A DNA stretch of 25,800 bases from a virus. Its lineage: Duplodnaviria; Caudoviricetes. How positions within the stretch are numbered: position 1 is the stretch's first letter; each line of letters starts with the position of its first letter. The notes beneath the pieces are model-generated. The model did not search any database and had not been told where the DNA came from. It saw only the letters and a program-made list of their open reading frames with translations. The stretch lies in IMG/VR virus record IMGVR_UViG_3300030493_000059, positions 1 through 25,800 of that record; one strand, 5' to 3'. Made by a program: the position numbers and the translations under genes. This document shows positions 1-6,459 of the stretch, one piece after another.

Positions 1-516
1 AACGCGGAGGAGATTGTTACCCGAGGTATCTCGTCGGGCGGCGCCGAAATCAGACATGAAATGGGTAGAGCGATAGCTCCGCATGCCGTTGAGTATGTCA
101 AGGATTTACTCGAATCCGGCGTGAAAAAAGTAATCGTCTTTGCCTATCATAGAGATGTTATCGCTATGATTGGCGAGGCCCTATCAGGATACGGCGTGAG
201 CACTGTCACGGGTAACACTTTACCGCAAGCGAGGCAAGACGCCGTCAGGCTCTTTCAGGAAGGCTCGAATCGCGTCTTCCTTGGGAACTATATAGCCGCT
301 GGGACCGGGTTGAATTTGAATATATCGAGTGATGTTGTGTCAGTCGAGCCGAGCTACGTACCCGGTGAGAATGAACAAGCTTGGGATAGACCGCACAGAA
401 TAGGTCAGAAAGGGGCGGTCTTGATTCACCTCTTACTCGTTCAGGGGAGCCTGAACGCGCGTATATTGAAGATAGCCATGGAAAAACAGGAAGATATTAA
501 CAAAGTACTCAGATAA
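1..516 (+). CDS. SNF2/SF2 helicase, C-terminal HELICc domain (5' truncated by window edge)
   Basis: Frame is open from base 1. Motifs KVIVFAYHRDVI, RQDAVRLFQ, AAGTGLNL and EQAWDRPHRIGQ (motif VI) are typical of phage SNF2-like helicases. Confidence 0.9.
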   Translation, partial: NAEEIVTRGISSGGAEIRHEMGRAIAPHAVEYVKDLLESGVKKVIVFAYHRDVIAMIGEALSGYGVSTVTGNTLPQARQDAVRLFQEGSNRVFLGNYIAAGTGLNLNISSDVVSVEPSYVPGENEQAWDRPHRIGQKGAVLIHLLLVQGSLNARILKIAMEKQEDINKVLR

Positions 517-527
517 GGATTATAAAA

Positions 528-1253
528 ATGCTTGAGAAATTCCTCGCAGTATTTATCACCTTCGTATTACAGTTTGAGCGTTATGTTGACATTCTTGAGA
601 AGCAAACGGGTACATCAGCTGAACCGCGTTACGCTTTTACCCCAGAGCATGTCTGCAAATGCCACACCGAAGAGCAGACTTGCACTCTGAAGGAAGACGA
701 GAAGGCGGAAGACCTTGACCTTAAGGCTGCTTTGGCGAAAGCCCGCGAAGAAGAGCCTTTGGTGGAGCCCGCAAAGGTTTCCGTACCGGCTGAGAACCTA
801 GGGGAGGTAGAAGGCGGAGGAGCGGAACTATACGAAACGAAATATGGTAAGTTCAGCCGGGAGGAACTGTTTAAAAGAGTGACAGCTATCGAGGGAAAAG
901 AAATCGCACCGAAGACGCGCACCAATACCCTAATTGCACGGTTCAACGAACTAATGGACAGGATGACTTCTGCTTCGGCAAAGCCTGAAGTCAATAGCCT
1001 TGGCGTGAAGATTGTGCGTGATTCTGAGCCTGCCGTCGGTGATGACTTTGGCGATATCCCTTCCGAGCCTGCGAAGCTTCCCCTCACGCAGGAGGATATT
1101 CTTAAGGTGCTTCGGGAATTGGCGGTTGCCAAGGGTAAAGAAGTAGCCATGAAGGTGCTTCTTAACTCCTCCGATGGCGCCCGGAAGGTATCCGATGTAA
1201 AACCCGAGCTTTACCAGGCCGTATACGACGCGGCTGTAGCGGCAAAGGGCTAA
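528..1253 (+). CDS. Replication-module protein with acidic linker, possible HeH/LEM-like middle motif and conserved C-terminal helical domain
   Basis: RBS AAGGA upstream. C-terminus LTQEDILKVLRELAVAKGKEVAMKVL...GARKVSDVKPELYQAV resembles the small domain usually encoded just upstream of DUF2800 in APSE-type modules. Confidence 0.7.
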   Translation: MLEKFLAVFITFVLQFERYVDILEKQTGTSAEPRYAFTPEHVCKCHTEEQTCTLKEDEKAEDLDLKAALAKAREEEPLVEPAKVSVPAENLGEVEGGGAELYETKYGKFSREELFKRVTAIEGKEIAPKTRTNTLIARFNELMDRMTSASAKPEVNSLGVKIVRDSEPAVGDDFGDIPSEPAKLPLTQEDILKVLRELAVAKGKEVAMKVLLNSSDGARKVSDVKPELYQAVYDAAVAAKG

Positions 1254-1255
1254 CC

Positions 1256-2446
1256 ATGGTGCACTCAAACTTAGGTGCAAGCTCAGCGTACCGTTGGATG
1301 GTGTGCCCTGGTAGTGTGAGTATGTGCGTCGGTAAGAAGGGTACTCAGAGCGTATACGCAACGGAAGGTTCGGCTGCACACGCTCTGGCAGAAAGGTGCT
1401 TGCACAGTAAGAAACCGGCTAAAACCTACTTAGGTAGGGTAATTGCACGCGTCGAAGATAACTGGCAGATCACACCGGATAATCACGCGGCACAAGAAGG
1501 TGAATTCGAAGTTACGGAAGAAATGGCGGGAGCCGTTCAGGTTTACCTCGATGTTATCGAGAAGGATCTAATCGGCTCACCCGGCGCGGAATTGGCGGTG
1601 GAGAAAGGCTTTGAACTCACTACGCTTCACCCCAGAATGTTCGGTACGAATGATGCCTGTATTGTTGAAGCATTTGGCTCGTTACGAGTCTACGACTATA
1701 AGCACGGCCAAGGCCACGCGGTTGAAGTTGAGGAAAACCCTCAATTGATGTATTACGCCTATGGTGCGATGCAAGTACACGGCGAGGATTTTGATACGGT
1801 CGAGCTGATTATTGTCCAGCCTCGAGCGCGTCACAAAGACGGACAAGTGAGGCGTTGGACAACAACAGCCGAGCATATCAAAGAATGGGCAAAAGGAACG
1901 TTGCTTGATGCAGCTCGCGCAACCGAGCAGCCCGGCGCAAAATTAGTAGCCGGTGACCATTGCGAGTTTTGTAACGCTTTGGCCACTTGTCCAGCGGTGC
2001 TCACCTTGGCACTGGAGACGACTAAAGCGGACTTTGCAAGCGAAGCATTACCCGATCCGCGCTCTCTGTCTCTATCGGATCGGGTAAGAGTGCTACAGTC
2101 AGCCGATATCTTGAGAAAATGGTTGAAGGAGGTTGAAACGTCATGTTTCTTTGACGCGGAAAAAGGTGTCGAGGTACCCGGTTACAAGCTGGTGAGGAAA
2201 AAGGGTAACAGGGTATGGACGGATGAGAAGGAAGTTATCAATAAGATGTTTGCTTATCGCACGCATATTTTTACAAAGAAGCTTCTCTCCCCAGCGGCCA
2301 TGCTTACCCTGGTGAAGAACAAAGGATGGGATGTAAAGATTGAGGAGTTGATCGAGAAACCGGATAACGGTTTGACGCTTGTACCTATATCGGATAGGAG
2401 AGAAGCCGTTCAGCCATTCAGCGAATTTGATGAAATGTTTAGCTAA
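1256..2446 (+). CDS. DUF2800 family Cas4-like PD-(D/E)XK exonuclease
   Basis: N-terminal LGASSAYRWMVCPGS, EGSAAH, GTND...VYDYKHG catalytic motif, QLMYYA and CEFC...C (Fe-S ligands). C-terminal VPGYKLV...RVW domain. Confidence 0.9.
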   Translation: MVHSNLGASSAYRWMVCPGSVSMCVGKKGTQSVYATEGSAAHALAERCLHSKKPAKTYLGRVIARVEDNWQITPDNHAAQEGEFEVTEEMAGAVQVYLDVIEKDLIGSPGAELAVEKGFELTTLHPRMFGTNDACIVEAFGSLRVYDYKHGQGHAVEVEENPQLMYYAYGAMQVHGEDFDTVELIIVQPRARHKDGQVRRWTTTAEHIKEWAKGTLLDAARATEQPGAKLVAGDHCEFCNALATCPAVLTLALETTKADFASEALPDPRSLSLSDRVRVLQSADILRKWLKEVETSCFFDAEKGVEVPGYKLVRKKGNRVWTDEKEVINKMFAYRTHIFTKKLLSPAAMLTLVKNKGWDVKIEELIEKPDNGLTLVPISDRREAVQPFSEFDEMFS

Positions 2447-2459
2447 AGGAAAAATGATA

Positions 2460-2678
2460 ATGAGAGAACAGAAAATGAACGGTGTAGAAGTCGATAAGCT
2501 CGATGTCTACTTCGATGAAATCAACTTTCTCTTCCAGGAAATGAAAGACGACATGGAGAGAGTGTTTAAAAACCACAATCTTTCGGCCAATGCCCGATGC
2601 CGGGCGCGGTCTATGACAATACGCAAGATGCTTAAGACCTTCCGTAAAATGAGTACAGCCGTCGAGGTAGTTGAATGA
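2460..2678 (+). CDS. Small basic protein resembling the Hc1 / histone H1-like family
   Basis: RBS AAGGA at 2446-2450 favours ATG 2460 (2454 also possible). Pattern DDMERVFKNHNLSANARCRARSMTIRKMLKTFRKMS matches the GNKAAGxRARKxSxxLxKxxKxFRKxS signature. ATGA overlap with thyX. Confidence 0.65.
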   Translation: MREQKMNGVEVDKLDVYFDEINFLFQEMKDDMERVFKNHNLSANARCRARSMTIRKMLKTFRKMSTAVEVVE

Positions 2679-3304
2679 TAATCATACACCCGAGACATGA
2701 TTTCTTGCATTTGCCTTTAGCGAGCCAGGCCCTGGGGTTGATCGAGGCAGCCGGGAGAACTTGTTACAAGTCCGAGGATAAGATGACGGCGGACTCGGCA
2801 GCGCGCTTTGCGCGCAATGCTATTAAGTCAGGCCACCATAGCATCATCGAGCATGTTACTGTTACTGTCACTGTTCGATTCACATGTGACCGGGGTGTTT
2901 CGCACGAGCTGGTCAGACACCGGCTTGCAGCTTACAGTCAGGAGAGTACCAGATACGTCAACTATGGTCATGCTGGTGAGATAGTTGTTATTCGTCCGCC
3001 GTTTTGGCGAGAAGATTCGGAACAGTACGCTCTATGGTATGCAGCGATGGGCATAGCAGAAAACATCTACATGCGGATGATAGAAGCCGGGGTAAAGCCT
3101 GAAGAAGCCCGCTCTGTCTTACCGAATAGCTTGAAAACTGAAATCGTCATGACCGCGAATATACGCGAATGGCGGCATGTGCTGAAATTACGCACCTCAC
3201 CGGCTGCACACCCTCAGATTCGAGAATTAATGTTACCGCTCCTGAAGGATCTGGCGGAATGGTGCCCACCTCTTTTTGATGATCTACTGAATAAGGAAGA
3301 ATAA
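2675..3304 (+). CDS. thyX: Flavin-dependent thymidylate synthase ThyX
   Basis: IEAAGRTCYKSE, GHHSIIEH, DRGVSHELVRHRLAAYSQESTRY (RHRx7S motif), ARSVLPNS, NIREWRH, AHPQIRE. Confidence 0.97.
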   Translation: MIIIHPRHDFLHLPLASQALGLIEAAGRTCYKSEDKMTADSAARFARNAIKSGHHSIIEHVTVTVTVRFTCDRGVSHELVRHRLAAYSQESTRYVNYGHAGEIVVIRPPFWREDSEQYALWYAAMGIAENIYMRMIEAGVKPEEARSVLPNSLKTEIVMTANIREWRHVLKLRTSPAAHPQIRELMLPLLKDLAEWCPPLFDDLLNKEE

Positions 3305-3308
3305 GACA

Positions 3309-3905
3309 ATGGCTGAAAAACGTGAAATTATCATAACCGAAGAATTTCGACTTTCTTTTCCGGCAATATTCGAACCGCGCGGATATAAGAACTCTGAACC
3401 GAAGTACAGTATCACCATGCTCTTTCCCAAAGGCTCCCCGGCGCTTAAACCGCTCAAGGTTGCGGCTTATAAGATGCTCGTTGAAAAATTCGGCGAGAAC
3501 AAAGTCAAATGGCCCGGTATATTGGGCCGGGTAGATCTGAATACATATCTCTCACCTACGGGCAAAGACGGGTGGCCATTCCGCGACGGCGACCTTTCGA
3601 ACCTTGATGGCTACGCCGGGATGGTAAGCGTCAAAGCCACTTCAAAAAAAATGCCAGGAGTGGTCAATCGGGACCCCGCCAAACCGATTGTTGATCCCGA
3701 CGAAGTTTACGCAGGCTGCTATTGCCGTGCAAGCCTGATCACCTACTACTATAAAAATGAGGGCGAAGGCGTGGGTTTTGGGTTGCAGAACATCCAGTTT
3801 CTCCGAGACGGTGAAGCCTTCTCGGGCCGGTCAAAAGCAGAAAACGATTTTACAACCGTGGAAGAAGATGCCATCACTGATACCGGCAACGACATGTTTT
3901 CATAA
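3309..3905 (+). CDS. DUF2815 family single-stranded DNA-binding protein (T7 gp2.5-like)
   Basis: RLSFPAIFEP, KYSITMLFPK, PFRDGD, EVYAGCYCRAS, GVGFGLQNIQFLRDGEAFSG and an acidic C-terminal tail. Confidence 0.9.
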   Translation: MAEKREIIITEEFRLSFPAIFEPRGYKNSEPKYSITMLFPKGSPALKPLKVAAYKMLVEKFGENKVKWPGILGRVDLNTYLSPTGKDGWPFRDGDLSNLDGYAGMVSVKATSKKMPGVVNRDPAKPIVDPDEVYAGCYCRASLITYYYKNEGEGVGFGLQNIQFLRDGEAFSGRSKAENDFTTVEEDAITDTGNDMFS

Positions 3906-3931
3906 TCTGGTAAACCTATGATCTAATTACG

Positions 3932-3973
3932 AAAAAAGGCCCTAAGGAAAAATCTTTCTTTAGGGCCTTTTTT
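3932..3973. terminator. Bidirectional intrinsic terminator
   Basis: AAAAAAGGCCCTAAGGAAA-AATC-TTTCTTTAGGGCCTTTTTT: long stem with one G:U pair, A-tract on the left and T-tract on the right, just after the SSB gene. Confidence 0.9.
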
Positions 3974-3977
3974 ATCG

Positions 3978-4006
3978 TTGACTTCCGCTTTTAGGGTAGT
4001 TAAACT
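3978..4006 (+). promoter_or_regulatory. Sigma70-type promoter
   Basis: TTGACT (3978-3983), 17-bp spacer, TAAACT (4001-4006), immediately after the terminator and about 40 bp before an AAGGAG RBS and ATG 4048. Confidence 0.75.
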
Positions 4007-4047
4007 CTAATCAACTAAATGATCCGACAATCCGAAAAGGAGAAAAG

Positions 4048-4386
4048 ATGAAAAGAGCTGAATTCGAAAAAAGGGCAGAGATTGTACAGGTGGCCGCAGA
4101 AACCCTTATGCGGCACAAGGAAGAGGGTATTGAAGTTCTATCATCGATCAAGCTTACAGAGTATGACAAGCGCCTTTTATGGGTGCTTGGGACGAGGTCA
4201 CCCTACGAAAGGGAGGGGAGGGTGAGCAAAGATTGGGAAGGTCGGTTGCTAGCTATTGAGGAATCTCTTCGGACCCTGATACACAGGAACGGGCGGAGCC
4301 TTCTGGATCTGCTCACCTACGAGCCTGGTTGGTTGACGAAGGCGCAGTTTCTTAACGAGGCCTGGAAGGCTAAAAAATGGCTATGA
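4048..4386 (+). CDS. Hypothetical protein, paralog A1
   Basis: Strong RBS AAGGAG. Full-length similarity to 4580..4927. Confidence 0.85.
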   Translation: MKRAEFEKRAEIVQVAAETLMRHKEEGIEVLSSIKLTEYDKRLLWVLGTRSPYEREGRVSKDWEGRLLAIEESLRTLIHRNGRSLLDLLTYEPGWLTKAQFLNEAWKAKKWL

Positions 4387-4583
4387 AAATAAGCATCTGT
4401 CCTGTATGTGGTGAAACCTATTGCGCCCATGAGCGGGTAGTAGAGGGGTTATGCCATGACTGTCTCCGAGCACCGGTTGTCTATCGACTGCCGATGATGC
4501 TCGGCAGGGTAGACAGCCATGGCCGGGACGAATACCCGGTGTGCCCCCAATGTTGCAGAGAATACGCGGAGAAGATGAAATGA
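4383..4583 (+). CDS. Small Zn-binding protein
   Basis: ATGA overlap at 4383. CPVC, CxH, CHDC and CPQC motifs. Confidence 0.75.
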   Translation: MKISICPVCGETYCAHERVVEGLCHDCLRAPVVYRLPMMLGRVDSHGRDEYPVCPQCCREYAEKMK

Positions 4584-4927
4584 GACGAACCGAATTTGAA
4601 AGAAGAGTGAAGATAGTTGAGGTGGCCAACACGACATTACAGCGGCACGCGACGCAAGGGAAGGAGTTCCTGAGCCGACCAGTTATGACTCAGGCAGAGT
4701 ATGAGGATCTTCATCGGCTTCTCGCGCGGTACGAGGACGAATGCGTTGGTAGGGTATCAAGTCGGTGGGTGCGGAGATTGATTAACTGTGAAAGGGTTAT
4801 GGCCACTGCCCGGAGTGATAGGGGTGAATCAATCCTGGAGATATTGACTGATCCGATTCGGCGGCACACTATCGAGATCCTGAACACTCGTAAACAATGC
4901 AGCTTTTGGTTAGAGAGGGTAGGGTAG
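4580..4927 (+). CDS. Hypothetical protein, paralog A2
   Basis: ATGA overlap with GGAG RBS. The MRRTEFERRVKIVEVA start aligns with MKRAEFEKRAEIVQVA of 4048..4386. Confidence 0.85.
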   Translation: MRRTEFERRVKIVEVANTTLQRHATQGKEFLSRPVMTQAEYEDLHRLLARYEDECVGRVSSRWVRRLINCERVMATARSDRGESILEILTDPIRRHTIEILNTRKQCSFWLERVG

Positions 4928-4931
4928 GTAA

Positions 4932-5126
4932 ATGACATTCGCGGAAAGATGGCAAGATTTCTGGCAGATCAGCAACATGCTGGTATGGCTTGGCTGTGCT
5001 ATCGCTATTTGGTTGAGCATCGGCATGAGGTATCAAATCGTTAAGATGCAAAGGCAGGCCCGTAAGGGTAAGCGCGACATGAATCTCTTTCGGAAAGGGA
5101 CGATTGAAAGGAAGAAAGATGTTTAA
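4932..5126 (+). CDS. Small single-pass membrane protein
   Basis: Hydrophobic MLVWLGCAIAIWLSIGM followed by a basic tail. Purine-rich RBS region. Confidence 0.7.
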   Translation: MTFAERWQDFWQISNMLVWLGCAIAIWLSIGMRYQIVKMQRQARKGKRDMNLFRKGTIERKKDV

Positions 5127-5445
5127 AAGTAAGCAGACTCAGTATCGTGATGGATTCGCAATGGCTTCGCGGGCACTTCTCCTGCGTAATATTTACACCG
5201 CAAAGCAATTGGATTATCTGTTATCGCTCAATAACGATCAACAGCTTGAGGTGCTCCTGCCGGGCAAGAAATACAGCGCACCCTACAAAGAAGGAGCACT
5301 CGATGCTATCGCACAGTACCGATTTGTTTTCGAAAGAATCCTTCAGGCGAAACTGATAGTAGAATTCGCGGGAAGGCACTCAGTAACGATAGCGGCGCGT
5401 GAAGAAACTGACGAAGGTGCAATTAGTTTCGGTCAGTGCGAGTGA
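5119..5445 (+). CDS. Hypothetical protein, putative paralog B1
   Basis: ATG 5119 after AAGGAAG. YRDGFAMA...YKEGALDA motifs are shared with 5830..6162. Confidence 0.75.
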   Translation: MFKSKQTQYRDGFAMASRALLLRNIYTAKQLDYLLSLNNDQQLEVLLPGKKYSAPYKEGALDAIAQYRFVFERILQAKLIVEFAGRHSVTIAAREETDEGAISFGQCE

Positions 5446-5470
5446 GCGAAGAACCTTAAAGGAGAGGGAC

Positions 5471-5830
5471 ATGAGAATCAGAACAGTAGTAACCGGTGTC
5501 ATGCTGACGGGGAGCCTGGTACTGAACGGCGTCTTGGTAGGGACAGTCAACCACCAGAATGAAGTTTTGGCCAAAGCGGCGGTGGTTATGCAGACCGCCT
5601 ACCAGCACGCAGAGCAAGACAAGCAGACCATTCTCGCCTTGAAGGGAGATATCTTCAATCTGAACACGAAGATATCCTTCCTCAAGAGCTTGAGAGAGTT
5701 CCGATCATCGGAGCAGAAGAGTGCTGAGATAAGAGCACGGAATCGCACGGCGGAAAATAAGCCTATACCTTTCTCTGGCAAGGACAAAGACCGGGTAATC
5801 CGGGTGGACAAGGAAGGAGTACACTACTAA
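5471..5830 (+). CDS. Membrane-anchored coiled-coil protein
   Basis: RBS AAGGAGAGG then ATG 5471. N-terminal hydrophobic stretch VVTGVMLTGSLVLNGVLVG followed by a heptad-like region. Confidence 0.75.
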   Translation: MRIRTVVTGVMLTGSLVLNGVLVGTVNHQNEVLAKAAVVMQTAYQHAEQDKQTILALKGDIFNLNTKISFLKSLREFRSSEQKSAEIRARNRTAENKPIPFSGKDKDRVIRVDKEGVHY

Positions 5831-6162
5831 TGTTGTGGTTTAAAAGTCGGGAGCAGAAAGAACAGGAAGCCTACAATCGAGGGTGGCGGTATGCAGCGGG
5901 AGAATTGTTGCGTAGCCCTGACGGCGGGGCACATTTAGATGCTGAAACGGTGCCTGGTAGGAAGGATCGTAGCTCGTTGGCTTTTGCTCGGGGGATGCTT
6001 GATGCTTTGACCGAGCACAAAAGGTGGATTAGATACCCAAAAAACCCAAGCGAATGTGAGGGGATATCGGCTCTATATACCGCCGAGGGTTCAGTGAGAA
6101 GATACGAGCCGGTTTCTTCCAGAAATTCGGAATCTAAGTATGGTTATGCCGATCTTGGTTAA
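5830..6162 (+). CDS. Hypothetical protein, putative paralog B2
   Basis: TAATG overlap, RBS AAGGAG. YNRGWRYA...FARGMLDA motifs. Confidence 0.75.
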   Translation: MLWFKSREQKEQEAYNRGWRYAAGELLRSPDGGAHLDAETVPGRKDRSSLAFARGMLDALTEHKRWIRYPKNPSECEGISALYTAEGSVRRYEPVSSRNSESKYGYADLG

Positions 6163-6234
6163 GGCGAGGGCAAAACCTTTCTCGACAAAAACGATTTATA
6201 TGTCCACGTCCCGATTCGAAGAAGAGGAAAAGCT

Positions 6235-6459
6235 ATGAATATCAAAGAGGTAATGCGGGTTATCCAAGGAGATATCGAGGCCGCGCGGGCTTTGGCCCCT
6301 CGCCACGAAAAATATTGCATGGGATTGTTGGATGCCTACTACCGTGCACAAAGATTACTCTCGGAAGTGCTCGATGAAATGGGGGAGGAACCACCCGTCA
6401 ATGATGTTACGATAGGTGTGCTGGACTGGCAGGAAGGTCAAGGCTGTTGTCTGATATGA
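6235..6459 (+). CDS. Hypothetical protein
   Basis: RBS GAGG. Stop overlaps the polymerase start (ATGA). Confidence 0.7.
   Translation: MNIKEVMRVIQGDIEAARALAPRHEKYCMGLLDAYYRAQRLLSEVLDEMGEEPPVNDVTIGVLDWQEGQGCCLI

Noticed and set aside
1256-2446. Cas4-like gene as part of a CRISPR-Cas system
   Set aside because: No array or other cas genes are seen; the context is the standard DUF2800-DUF2815-PolA phage module.
6039-6045. Second in-phase A AAA AAC heptamer within 5830..6162
   Set aside because: The -1 frame stops within about five codons and there is no supporting context; likely chance.
6140-6238. 32-codon ORF ending in an ATGA overlap with 6235
   Set aside because: No clear RBS and very short; cannot be supported without conservation data.
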